The translations under genes were made by a program, and so were the position numbers. From the NCBI GenBank assembly GCA_963716745.1, contig OY970320.1:1568001-1632000 (forward strand): a stretch of 64,000 nt of DNA. The letters are read 5' to 3'. Below, in pieces: positions 1 through 9,807 of the stretch (its first letter is position 1; each line of letters begins with the position of its first letter). The notes below the pieces were generated by a model that saw only the letters and a list, made by a program, of their open reading frames with translations, did not search any database and was not told the DNA's origin. Source of the DNA: an uncultured Gemmatimonadaceae bacterium (lineage in GTDB: Bacteria; Gemmatimonadota; Gemmatimonadetes; Gemmatimonadales; Gemmatimonadaceae).

Positions 1-1
1 C

Positions 2-964
2 GGGCACGAGTTGGTGGGCGAGGTGATCGAGTGCGGTGCGGCGGTGAGCAGCGTGCGCGCGGGCGATCGTGTGGCGGCGAATCCGCTGCTCTGCTGCGAA
101 GCGCGCGGGATCGCGCCGGTATGCGCCGCGTGCGCGGACGGGCAGCATGGGCGCTGCGTGAACTTCACGACCGGGCCGCTGCCGGCGGGCGTGCTCATCG
201 GGACCACACGCGGGCTCGGCGGCGGCTGGGGCGAGCAGTTCGTGGCGCACGAGTCGCAGCTGCTCAAGCTCTCGCTGGACATGAAGGACGAGGACGCCGT
301 GCTCATCGAGCCGTTCGCGTGCTCGGTGCGGGCCGTGCGCTCCAATCTGCCGGCGCCGGGCGCGCGAGTGCTGGTGATCGGCGCCGGCTCGATCGGACTG
401 CTCACCACCGCGGCCGTTCGCGCGCTCGCGCCGGCGGCGCGCGTGACCGTGCTCGCGCGTTACGATTTCCAGGCGGAGCACGCGACACGATTCGGCGCCG
501 CGAACGTGATCAAGGCGCGCGGGAATTATCTCAAGGCCCTCGCCGACGTCGCGGGCACGAAGCTGCTGCAGCCGATCCTCGGCAAACCGATCGGCATCGG
601 CGGCTTCGACATCACATTCGTGTGCGTGAGCGGCGCGCGCGGCATGGACGACGCAATGCGCTTCACGACCGCGGGCGGCACGATCGTACTGCTCGGCAAC
701 TCGAGCACCATGCGGGGACTCGATTGGACGCCGCTGTGGGTGAAGGAACTCTCCGTGCGCGGATCCGTGTTCCACGGAGGGCACGCGCACGCCGCGTCCG
801 ATCGCGACGATTTCCATGAGGCCGCGACGTTGATTTCTTCGGGCAAGGCCAATGTGCGCCCGTTGCTGACGCACACGTTCCCGCTCGCCGAGTACCGCGC
901 CGCTCTCGCCGCCGCCATCGACAAGCGAGGAGAAGGCAGCGTGAAGGTGGCGTTCAAGTACTGA
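2..964 (+). CDS. Zn-dependent medium-chain alcohol dehydrogenase (5' end outside window)
   Basis: GHE motif at window start (ggg cac gag), Cys cluster CC...CAAC...C, Rossmann motif VIGAGSIG. Confidence 0.9.
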   Translation, partial: GHELVGEVIECGAAVSSVRAGDRVAANPLLCCEARGIAPVCAACADGQHGRCVNFTTGPLPAGVLIGTTRGLGGGWGEQFVAHESQLLKLSLDMKDEDAVLIEPFACSVRAVRSNLPAPGARVLVIGAGSIGLLTTAAVRALAPAARVTVLARYDFQAEHATRFGAANVIKARGNYLKALADVAGTKLLQPILGKPIGIGGFDITFVCVSGARGMDDAMRFTTAGGTIVLLGNSSTMRGLDWTPLWVKELSVRGSVFHGGHAHAASDRDDFHEAATLISSGKANVRPLLTHTFPLAEYRAALAAAIDKRGEGSVKVAFKY

Positions 965-967
965 TTC

Positions 968-1060
968 GCAGTTCCATCATGTGAATCATGTTAATCCTGT
1001 CAACGTAGTTTTTGAAAACTACTTTGACAGGATTAACATGATTCGCATGATTGGGACTGC
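968..1060. repeat. AT-rich long imperfect palindrome
   Basis: gcagttccatcatgtgaatcatgttaatcctgtcaa ... ttgacaggattaacatgattcgcatgattgggactgc. Confidence 0.9.
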
Positions 1061-1118
1061 CCCGTTCCGCTCTGGAGTGCCGAGACCTACATTCAACTCG
1101 TTCCCCATCGGAGGCTCC

Positions 1119-1665
1119 ATGCAGAGATCCCGTCTCCTCGCGATAGTCGCCATCGCCGCGTGCGCCGCTCGTCGCCGCGGGCCAAGCGGTCGTCGCCGAC
1201 ACCGGCTCCGTCGCCCCCAATTTCTCGGCGCCAGGCGCGAACATGGCCGGGCTGATCCCGTCGGTGAGTCTCGCCGCGTACAAGGGCAAGACCGTCGTGC
1301 TCGCCTTCTTCTACAAGGCGCGGACCAAGGGCTGAACGATCCAAATGGAGGCGTACCGTGATCAGTACGCCACGCTCTTCAACAACGGCAAGAATGTCGT
1401 CGTCCTCGGCATCAGCGTCGATGCCGACACCACGCTGCAAAGCTGGGCGCACGACGCCAAGTTCCCGATGACGTTCGTCAGCGACACCGGCCACGTGATC
1501 GGCTCCGCGTACGGCGTGTACAGCGAGAAGAACGCGATGGACTCGCGCGTCGTTTTCGTGATCGCGCCGAATGGCAAGATCACCTACAAAGCGCCCTTCA
1601 ATGTGATGTCGGCCGACGCCTACACGACGCTCGGCAACGAGGTGAAGAAGGCGTCTGGACCATAG
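1119..1665 (+). CDS. Exported peroxiredoxin (AhpC/TSA, BCP-like), probable selenoprotein; frameshift near 1161
   Basis: GGAGG before ATG 1119; signal-like N-terminus; VVLAFFYKARTKG-TGA(1333-1335)-TIQME in frame with ORF 1345..1665 (VLGISVD, RVVFVIAPNGKITY). Confidence 0.85.
1348..1377 (+). promoter_or_regulatory. Putative bacterial SECIS hairpin
   Basis: GGCGTAC(1350-56)/GTACGCC(1365-71) stem, loop CGTGATCA starting about 21 nt after the UGA. Confidence 0.65.
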
Positions 1666-1775
1666 TTCATCGTGCATCGCGCATCGTGCCTCGTGCATCG
1701 GCCATCGTGACCGCTTCGAGCGGTCGCGATGCCCGAATCCCCCGCCGAGGCACGATGCACGAGGCACGATGCGCG
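1666..1775. repeat. Heptamer (CATCGTG/CACGATG) inverted-repeat element
   Basis: catcgtgcatcgcgcatcgtgcctcgtgcatcgg ... gaggcacgatgcacgaggcacgatgcgcg. Confidence 0.8.
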
Positions 1776-1838
1776 CCCTTTCCGCCGTGAGATATTTTTT
1801 CTCTCGCGAATCTCGAGTGGACGCGTAAGTTTCCGTTC

Positions 1839-3294
1839 ATGAAGACTCCCAGTCAGCCGATGTGGGCGGTCGCACCCGATGCGCCGATGGATGCGCGCAC
1901 GACGCTCATCCAGCTGTACTGGGCGGCGATCCGATCGGCGGCGCCGGCGCCCGCGTTGCGCGCGGCGCTCGACAAGATCCCGCCGGAGAAGGAGCGCCGC
2001 CGCGTCTGGATCTTCGCGGTGGGCAAGGCCGCGAACCCGATGGCGATCGCCGCGGTGGAATGGCTCAAGGAGCACGGCGCCGAGCCGGCCGGTGGCGTCA
2101 TCGTCGCGCCGCGACAGGTGCCCACGCCGCATGCGAGTCTCGAGATGATCGTCGGTGACCATCCGCAGCCCGGGCTTCGTTCGCTCACGGCCGCGCGCAT
2201 GATCGAGAATGACCGCGGCCAGAGTGCGCCCCGAGGACGACGCGTGGGTGCTGCTCTCCGGCGGCTCCACGAGCCTCATAGCCGCGCCGGACGCGGCGCT
2301 CAAACCAGAAGAGATGGTGCAGCTCTTCGAGTTGCTGCACGGCTCCGGTCTCGACATCGCGACGATGAATCTCATCCGCAAACGCTTCACGCGATGGGGC
2401 GCGGGCCGTCTCGCCGCCGCGCTCAAGGCGCACAAGGTGCGCAATTTCATCATCTCGGATGTCGTGGGCGATGACCTCGCGGCGATCGGCTCCGGTCCGT
2501 GCGTCCCGGACCCGAGCACGGCGAGCCAGGTACGTTCGATCCTCGTGGCATACAAGCTTTGGGACCTCGTGCCGATCACGCTGCGCCGCTACCTGCACGC
2601 GGTCGAACGCGATCCGGGTCTCGAGACGCCGAAGGCCGGCGATCCCGTGTTCGAGAACGTCGAGCGCCGCATCATCGCGAGCAACCGCACCGCACTCGAC
2701 GCGATCGCATCGAAGGCGAAGGAGCTCGGCTACGATCCGCGCATCATGAGCACCACGCTCTCCGGCGACGCGGCTTCCGCCGGCAAGCGCGTGGCCGCGT
2801 CGCTGGCCGGCACCTGCGGGTCCGCGACGCCCACCATCGCCGGCCGCGCCGGCCGTGCGTGCCTCATCTGGGGCGGCGAGACCACGGTGGCCCTTCGCGA
2901 AGGACCGCACGGCGCTGGCGGCCGTTGTCAGGAGCTCGCGCTCTCCGCCGCGCGCGAGCTCGCGCAGGTGAAGAGCGCGCGCGGCTCCACGCTCCTCGCG
3001 TGCGGCACCAATGGCCGCGACGGCGCCACCGACGCCGCCGGCGCGGTGGTGAATCGCGAGACATGGAACGACATCGCGCGCGCCGGACGCGATCCCGAGA
3101 AGGATCTCGCCGGACACGATTCATACCCGTCGCTCGACGCGGCCGGCGCCCTGCTCCGCACCGATCTCACCTCCACGAACGTCATGGATGTCGTGATCGG
3201 CGTCTGCGGCCCGCCCACCGCCGAGATGATGGAGCGGAAGACACCCGGTGCGCTCGCCCGGATCTCGGGTAGCTTTAGGCGGATCACCCAGTAA
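1839..3294 (+). CDS. Glycerate kinase type 2 (DUF4147/MOFRL), frameshift near 2205
   Basis: AVGKAA, GDHPQPG, LLSGGSTSL, ISDVVGDDLAAIGSGP, GGETTV, GGRCQE, TNVMD. Confidence 0.88.
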
Positions 3295-3345
3295 TTTCCC
3301 GCCGGCGGCGCGCTCCGCCGCCCTGGTCCTCCGCTGCGAGTTCAC

Positions 3346-4248
3346 GTGCCCTTCTCCGTCGCGCTCATCCAGCAACCCGTGCCCACCGACGCGAAGGCGG
3401 CGGTGGAGCAGTCCATCGCGAAGATCCGCGAGGCCGCCGCGCTCGGCGCGAACATCGTGTGCCTGCAGGAACTGTTCAACGCGCCGTACTTCTGCAAAGT
3501 GACGGACGCCGAGCGGTTCGATCTCGCCGAGCCGATCCCCGGGCCCACGGTCGAGCGCATGCAGGCGCTCGCCAAGGAACTCGGCATTGTGCTCATCGTG
3601 CCGATCTTCGAGCGGCGCGGCGCCGGCGTCTACCACAATTCCGCCGCGATCGTCGACGCGGACGGCGCACTGCTCGGCGTCTACCGCAAGATGCACATCC
3701 CCGACGATCCGCTCTATCACGAGAAGTACTACTTCACGCCGGGCGAGATCTACCAGCACGACGAGAGCCGCCCGGCCGCCGGCTTCCGCGTCTTCAAGAC
3801 GAAGTTCGCCACCATCGGCGTGCTCATCTGCTGGGACCAGTGGTATCCCGAGGCGGCGCGCATCACCGCGCTCATGGGCGCGCAGGTGCTGTTCTATCCG
3901 ACCGCGATCGGCTGGCATCCGAAGGAGAAGGCCGAGTGGGGCGCGGCGCAGGCCGATGCGTGGCGCACCGCGCAGCGCGCGCATGCCATCGCGAACGGCG
4001 TGTTCGTCGCCGCGGCGAATCGCGTGGGCTTCGAGGCGGAGCCCGGCACCGACGGCCTGGAATTCTTCGGCCATTCCTTCATCGCCGATCCGTTCGGGCG
4101 TCTCATCGCCGAGGCCGGCACCGATCCCGCGATCGTGCTCGCCTCGATCGACCCGGAGCTGATCGAGTACACGCGGCGCAACTGGCCCTTCTTCCGCGAC
4201 CGGCGGATCGACGCCTACGGACCGATCCTGAACCGGTGGATCGGGTGA
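3346..4248 (+). CDS. aguB: N-carbamoylputrescine amidase (carbon-nitrogen hydrolase)
   Basis: CLQELF, YRKMHIPDDP, ICWDQWYPE, FFRDRR; overlaps agmatine deiminase start. Confidence 0.88.
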   Translation: MPFSVALIQQPVPTDAKAAVEQSIAKIREAAALGANIVCLQELFNAPYFCKVTDAERFDLAEPIPGPTVERMQALAKELGIVLIVPIFERRGAGVYHNSAAIVDADGALLGVYRKMHIPDDPLYHEKYYFTPGEIYQHDESRPAAGFRVFKTKFATIGVLICWDQWYPEAARITALMGAQVLFYPTAIGWHPKEKAEWGAAQADAWRTAQRAHAIANGVFVAAANRVGFEAEPGTDGLEFFGHSFIADPFGRLIAEAGTDPAIVLASIDPELIEYTRRNWPFFRDRRIDAYGPILNRWIG

Positions 4249-5289
4249 AGCCGTCGAGCGTTCGCTGGCCCGCGGAGTGGGAGCCGCACACGGCGACGTG
4301 GTTGAGCTGGCCGCACAACAAAGAGGATTGGCCCGGAAAGTTCGCGCCGATCCCGTGGGTGTACGTCGAGATCGTGCGCGCGCTGCACACGCACGAGCGG
4401 GTGGAGATCCTGTGTCACAGCGCCGCGGTGAAGCGCAGCGCCGAGTCGGCGCTCAAGGCGCACGGTGTGGATCTCGCGCGGGTGGGCCGGCACATCGTGC
4501 CGAGCGACCGCGTGTGGACGCGCGACTCCGGCCCGACCGGAGTGCTCGACAGCGGCGGCGCGCTGCAGTGGGCCGGCTGGCGGTTCAACGGCTGGGCGAA
4601 GTACAAGAACTTCAAGGAGGATGTGAAAGTCGGCGCCGCGATCGCGAAGCTGAGCGGCGCGCCGCTCACCGCCGCCGTGCGCGATGACACGGGCAAGCCG
4701 CTCGTGCTCGAGGGCGGCGGCATCGAGACCGATGGTGCGGGCACGATGCTCGTCACCGAGGAGTGGCTGCTGTCCAAGGTGCAGGTGCGGAATCCCGGCA
4801 TGGACCGCGCAGGCGTACGAGCGCGCGTTCGCGCAGTGGCTGGGCATCAAGCGCACGGTCTGGCTGGGTGAAGGCTGCGTCGGCGACGACACGCACGGGC
4901 ATGTGGACGACATCGCGCGGTTCGCGGACGCGCACACCGTTGCGCTCGCGTACGAGCCCGACCCGCGCGACGAGAATCATGCGCGGAGCAAGGACAACGC
5001 ACGGAGGCTCGAACTCGCGGGGGGACTGCGCGTCGTGAAGCTGCCGTACCCGCGCGCGGTGGTCATGGATGGCCAGCGGCTGCCGGCGAGCTACGCGAAC
5101 TTCTACATCGCGAACGGAGTGGTGCTGGTGCCCACGTTCAACGATCCCAACGACCGCGCCGCGCTGAATATTCTCGCGCAACTATTCCCGGGGCGAGAGG
5201 TAGTCGGGATCCACGCGGGGGATTTAGTGTGGGGACTGGGGACGATCCACTGCCTGACCCAGCAGCAGCCGGCGGCTAAGCGCCGCTAA
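4245..5289 (+). CDS. aguA: Agmatine deiminase, frameshift near 4810
   Basis: WPAEWEPH, WTRDSGP, LEGGGI, DDTHGHVDD, ASYANF, GTIHCLTQQ; GTGA overlap with aguB. Confidence 0.9.
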
Positions 5290-5291
5290 CG

Positions 5292-5432
5292 GCGTGAGTC
5301 GCACCGCAACGGGCGGGACTGGTACCGCTTGGTGCGGGATTAGCGTTGGGGATTGGATAGTGCGGGTCTCCATTCCAACGCCAATCCCGCCGCTCGCGGT
5401 ACCAGTCCCGCCGTCAGCGGTGCCAATCACGC
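5292..5432. repeat. Long hairpin between convergent genes
   Basis: ggcgggactggtaccgc/gcggtaccagtcccgcc plus inner gcgggattagcgttgg/ccaacgccaatcccgc arms. Confidence 0.8.
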
Positions 5433-5434
5433 TC

Positions 5435-6332
5435 CTATGGCTTCCCCGCCATTGGCAGTTGAATGAGCGGCATCGCCCCTCCCGATACCTGCGGCATTCT
5501 GACCGTTCCACTTCATCGCCAGTTCGTACTGCACCAGCGTCGGCGTGATGCTCTCGGCGAGCAGCCGGTTCGCGCGCGCCTGCGCTTCGGCTTCGGCGAT
5601 GATCGCCTTCGCGCGGCCCATCGCCTTGATCGAGTCGCCCTGCGCCTGGAACTTGTTCTTCTGCAGCTCGTTCTCGGCGGTGAGCGCCTGCTGCTGCATC
5701 ACGTTCTTCTGGTTGATCGCCTCGATCACCGCCGGCGGGGCGCGGAGCTCGTTGATCGTGAACTGCTCCACGAGAATGCCGTAATCCTGCAGGCGCTTCT
5801 CGAGCAGCGCGAACACGCGCGACGTCGCCTCGGCCTTCTTGGGGCCGATCACATCCGCAATGGGTTCGTTGCCCACGACTTCCTGCAGCGCCTGGCGCAC
5901 CGCCTGCTTCACGTAGCTGTGCTCGATCGCCACCACGTCCGTCCGGAACGTCGTGTACAGGAACGGCACCTTCAGCGGATCGAGCTTGAACGACATGGAG
6001 ATGTCGAGCGAGAGCGGTTGGCCCTCCACGCTGTTCACGTTGATCTCTTCGTTGTACCGCTCCCCTTCATTCGACGTCCGCGTCAGCACCAGCGTCTGCA
6101 TGAAGGTGGGGTACTCCATGATCCCCGTCGTCAGCGGATTGCGCAGGTGCAGCCCCGGATTCAGCGCCACCGGGTTCACCCCGCCGGCGGTGCGGTTGAT
6201 CACGATGCCGACGTGCCCCGGACTGATGTACACGACCATCGTCTTCAGCAGCATGAAGAGCGCGAGCACGCCCACGCCGATCGCCACCATCCTGAAGCGC
6301 CCCGCCCCGTACGCGCTGTGTTCCGATTCCAT
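5435..6332 (-). CDS. SPFH/band-7/prohibitin family protein (indel near C-terminus)
   Basis: N-terminal TM, PGHVGIV, AEAQARANRLLAESITPTLVQY, KWNG then MPQVSGG in another frame. Confidence 0.85.
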
Positions 6333-6356
6333 GGATCCCGTCCTCCGGTTCGTTCG

Positions 6357-6620
6357 CTATCCGAGTGTGTCCCGCACCGCTTCCCTGAAGCAGTCGGGAC
6401 AGATGCGTTCGCCGCTTGCGAGGCGGACGAGCTCGTGTTCTTCGTGCCGGCCGTGAATGGCGCAAACCGTCGCAGCTTCGCGTTCGATCCGCTTCCGGTT
6501 CTCCCGCTGCTGCAAACTGAGACCGAGGGGCGTGTACTTCTTGAGGCCGATGAAAAAGAGGCCGGCGATCGCCGCGATCGCCGCGACGAACATTCCGACC
6601 TCTGCAAGAATTGCCAACAT
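6357..6620 (-). CDS. Small membrane-anchored protein with CxxH...CxxC motif
   Basis: Hydrophobic N-terminus, CAIH...CPDC. Confidence 0.65.
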   Translation of the reverse strand: MLAILAEVGMFVAAIAAIAGLFFIGLKKYTPLGLSLQQRENRKRIEREAATVCAIHGRHEEHELVRLASGERICPDCFREAVRDTLG

Positions 6621-6719
6621 GATGACTAAACATAACGCTTTTCACGCCCGGCCGTTCTGACATGCCGGAAGTCTATGCGGATCAACGCGTTAGAATGTTG
6701 ATTCGCGCAAAGATTAGGA

Positions 6720-6748
6720 TTGACCAGGCCCGGCCCCCGGCCTATTTT
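6720..6748 (+). promoter_or_regulatory. Putative sigma70 promoter of NlpC/P60 gene
   Basis: TTGACC-17nt-TATTTT, 11 nt before ATG 6760. Confidence 0.45.
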
Positions 6749-6759
6749 CTAATCAACTC

Positions 6760-7347
6760 ATGGGCACCTACCGGGCACGTCCCTTCGCGCTGGCCTGCGC
6801 TTGCGTCACTCTCGCTGTCGCGATGGTGCCCGCGGTAGCGCGTGCGCAGAAGGAGAGCGAGGAGACCTCTGCCTTCGTTTCGGCCGCCCCGGTCCCTGCC
6901 ACGTCCGCGCTGCGCGACTCGCTCATCGCTCGCACCCGCGCTCTGCTCGGCAAGAAGTACCGCCGCGGCGGCGAGACGCCGAAGCGCGGCTTCGATTGTT
7001 CGGGGCTAGTGGCCTACGTACTCACGGGTCTTAATCTGAACGTGCCGAGAACCGCCGCCGCGCAGGCGACGGTGGGCACCGAGATCGTAAAGGACACCGC
7101 ACAGCTCCTTCCCGGTGATCTCCTCACGTTCGGGAAAGGCAAGAAAGTGACGCATATCGGGATCTACATCGGCGCCGGCCGGTTCATTCAGGCCAGCTCG
7201 AAAGCGCGTAAGGTGATCGAGACGAACCTGCTGCGCGCGCCGGCGCCCGGGATTCGCCCGTGGCTCGGTGTGCGGCGGATCGTACCGGGCGATGAGAGCG
7301 CACTATCGCTCGTTCTTCCGTCGTCGACGACCACGTCGAGCGAGTAA
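6760..7347 (+). CDS. NlpC/P60 (C40) cell-wall peptidase
   Basis: Signal peptide, GFDCSGLV, PGDLLTF, HIGIYIG. Confidence 0.92.
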   Translation: MGTYRARPFALACACVTLAVAMVPAVARAQKESEETSAFVSAAPVPATSALRDSLIARTRALLGKKYRRGGETPKRGFDCSGLVAYVLTGLNLNVPRTAAAQATVGTEIVKDTAQLLPGDLLTFGKGKKVTHIGIYIGAGRFIQASSKARKVIETNLLRAPAPGIRPWLGVRRIVPGDESALSLVLPSSTTTSSE

Positions 7348-7348
7348 G

Positions 7349-8428
7349 CTAGGGGACCCAGATCCCTTCGATGCGAAGTTTCAGCGTCGAGTCCCGAAAA
7401 TCGAGATGGCTCAGCGAGTCCATGAGTACGAGCGTTCTTCCGGAGATATCCGGGGAAACGATTCCCTGCTCTCGCTGGCGAGTCGGGCGTAGCGTCGCTC
7501 CCAGCACGGCCTTCTTCGAAACATCCGCGCACACGATCATCCCCCGGTCATTCGGCGCGTGCATCGAGAACGGGCCGGCGTTCACCAGATTCCCCAGCGA
7601 ATAGAACACCAGCGCTCCGGCGCCCATGCGCTGCATTCCGCGCACGACGTGCGGACCATGCCCGATCACCAGCAGCGCGCCGCTCTCCACCGCGGCTCGC
7701 GCGAACGCCACCGGATCGCCGCGCTCCTCCCCCACGAACTTCTCGTTCGCGTCGAGCGTGCGCTGCGCCGTCGGACCCTCGGCGCCCAAATGCATCGTCA
7801 CCACCACGCGCGGCGTGATGTCCGCCGCGCGTGCCACCAGCCGGCGCACGAGATCGAGGTCGCGCACATCCATCGGCGGCGACGCGGCGAAACCGAGGAT
7901 CGCCACGGTGTCGCCCTGCGGCGTCACGACGATCGTGGGTGCGCTGTCGGCGCCGGTCACGCGCACCCCCGCCGAATCCAGCCGCCGCAGCGTCTCGGCG
8001 AACCCGTCGTCGCCGGCGTCGTGCGCATGATTGTTCGCGACGTTCGCCACCACGGTTGCTCTCGCATTCACGCCGCGCAGCGCCTGCGCCGCCGCCGCGG
8101 GCATGCGGAGACCGAAACAGTTCTTCTCGCCCGGCGCGCATTTCGTGGCGGGGCCGTCGCCGATGGCACCCTCCGCATTGAGCAGCACCACGTCGGCGTC
8201 GGCGAAGAGTGGCACGAGCGGCGCAATGAGTATTTCTGGAGCCGGCCACACATGCGGCGGGATGCGCTTCCCCTTCTTGATCATGGTGTCGCCGTTGACG
8301 CCGAGCGTCACATCGCCGCCGGCGCAGATGCGCATGACGGTCGACGAGTCCTGCCATCCCTGCTGCGTGCGCGCGCCCGCCGCGAGAACGCAGATCGCGA
8401 GCGCCGCGATCGCGGGCGCGCGACTCAC
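7349..8428 (-). CDS. CapA-family metallophosphatase-like protein
   Basis: GGDV, NAEG, ANNHAHDAG, MHLGAE, GHGPHV, FYSLGN. Confidence 0.88.
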   Translation of the reverse strand: MSRAPAIAALAICVLAAGARTQQGWQDSSTVMRICAGGDVTLGVNGDTMIKKGKRIPPHVWPAPEILIAPLVPLFADADVVLLNAEGAIGDGPATKCAPGEKNCFGLRMPAAAAQALRGVNARATVVANVANNHAHDAGDDGFAETLRRLDSAGVRVTGADSAPTIVVTPQGDTVAILGFAASPPMDVRDLDLVRRLVARAADITPRVVVTMHLGAEGPTAQRTLDANEKFVGEERGDPVAFARAAVESGALLVIGHGPHVVRGMQRMGAGALVFYSLGNLVNAGPFSMHAPNDRGMIVCADVSKKAVLGATLRPTRQREQGIVSPDISGRTLVLMDSLSHLDFRDSTLKLRIEGIWVP

Positions 8429-9087
8429 GAAGCGCCGCCTTCCGCCGCGGGGCGGGGCTCTTCGAGCGCACGGCGCGCCATCGCGCCGGCCGGCGTGTCC
8501 GCGAATCGCTCGGCGAACCGGCGGAGTTCCGTGCGCGCCCGGCCCTCATCGTTCAACGCACCACGATACAGATCGATGAGCGCATTCGTCGCGCCGAACT
8601 CGTGCTGGCGGGTCGCGCCGGGGAGCTGCCTGATCTCACGGTACAATTCGGCGGCGCGCTCCGGTCTCTTGCCGCGCCCGGCAAACAGCGCCGCGGCGGC
8701 AAAGCGCACCGCCGCGTCGTCCGGCGATTCCCGGATCAACGCCTCGAAGCTCAGCACGGCGCCCTCGACGTCGCCGCGCATCTCGAGCGCGTGCTGGTAC
8801 GAGAACACGCGCTCGTACGGAGTGGTGGAGCCGGTGGGCATGTAGAGCATGCTCGTTACCGTCGCCGAGCGGCGCAGCATCGTGATGATGAACAGGGAGG
8901 CCCCCGCGCCGGTCGCCGCGCCGCCGGGCAGCGCCGCCAGGAAGAGCGGCACGAGGCCGATCCCCCATAGGTGATAGCCCTCGTACATGAGCAGCGGCAC
9001 CATGAGCACGGCGATCGCCGCGCCCGCCGCGATCGCCCGGCTTTCGTGGATGTCCCGGCCGGTTCGCGGCGGGATGGGCGCGGACAT
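8425..9087 (-). CDS. Membrane protein with helical TPR-like C-terminus
   Basis: Two hydrophobic segments then Ala/Arg-rich helices; stop overlaps CapA start. Confidence 0.6.
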   Translation of the reverse strand: MSAPIPPRTGRDIHESRAIAAGAAIAVLMVPLLMYEGYHLWGIGLVPLFLAALPGGAATGAGASLFIITMLRRSATVTSMLYMPTGSTTPYERVFSYQHALEMRGDVEGAVLSFEALIRESPDDAAVRFAAAALFAGRGKRPERAAELYREIRQLPGATRQHEFGATNALIDLYRGALNDEGRARTELRRFAERFADTPAGAMARRALEEPRPAAEGGAS

Positions 9088-9094
9088 CACGCGA

Positions 9095-9655
9095 TCAGCG
9101 CGGCCAGAGCCAGCCGAACGCGCCGGCGGTGAGGCAGCCGTAGATGAGCGCATCGAACGTGTCCTTCCACGCGACGCTCCATGGGCGGCCCCAGAATATC
9201 GCGTAGATCGCGTGCGCGCCGCCGAACGCCAGGAACGCCACCGTTCCCGCCACGCGGAACACGGCGAGATATGCGGCGCCGGGCGCCATCGTGCGGCCCG
9301 CGAGATAGGCGACCACGATCTCGATCACCACGAGGTACGCGAACCATTGGCCGAGCATCGGTCCCATCCCGCCGCCGGTGTTCGCTCGAATGCTGATGAG
9401 CGCGAGCGGCCCGTCGGCCATCTTCTTCTGGAACTCCGGCGTCTTGCGCCCTTCCATTGTCGCGTGGTACGGGATGGCGTATTGGCCCGGGGCCAGCTTC
9501 TGCTTGCGCAGCGCGTCGGCGACCGCGGGCTCATCGGGCAGTCCCGCCAGATCGCTCTTGTGATATGGAAGCGCCATCCAGATGAGCGAACTCGCGAAGA
9601 ACACGAGCACCGCGGAGAGCACGATCGGCATCCAGAGCTGCATGATGGTGACCAT
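9095..9655 (-). CDS. Hypothetical integral membrane protein
   Basis: GGAGG RBS, about four TM segments. Confidence 0.7.
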   Translation of the reverse strand: MVTIMQLWMPIVLSAVLVFFASSLIWMALPYHKSDLAGLPDEPAVADALRKQKLAPGQYAIPYHATMEGRKTPEFQKKMADGPLALISIRANTGGGMGPMLGQWFAYLVVIEIVVAYLAGRTMAPGAAYLAVFRVAGTVAFLAFGGAHAIYAIFWGRPWSVAWKDTFDALIYGCLTAGAFGWLWPR

Positions 9656-9807
9656 TCCCGCCTCCAATGCGGCAAGGGATGTGTGCGAACGGGGAACTGC
9701 GCCGCGTCCATTCTATGGCGGCCGGGGCGTGCGGGACAGGGCCGGCTTCTGGCGCCGGGTGGGCCATGGGGTATAGTTCGAATAGCGGTTCCATCAGGAC
9801 GGTGCTC

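Noticed and set aside
5288..5303. Short match (aacggcgtgagt / gcgtgagtcgca) to the 44-kb repeat element
   Set aside because: A 12-nt match can arise by chance in GC-rich sequence
7349..8428. Poly-gamma-glutamate capsule locus
   Set aside because: CapA-family domain only; no capB or capC nearby
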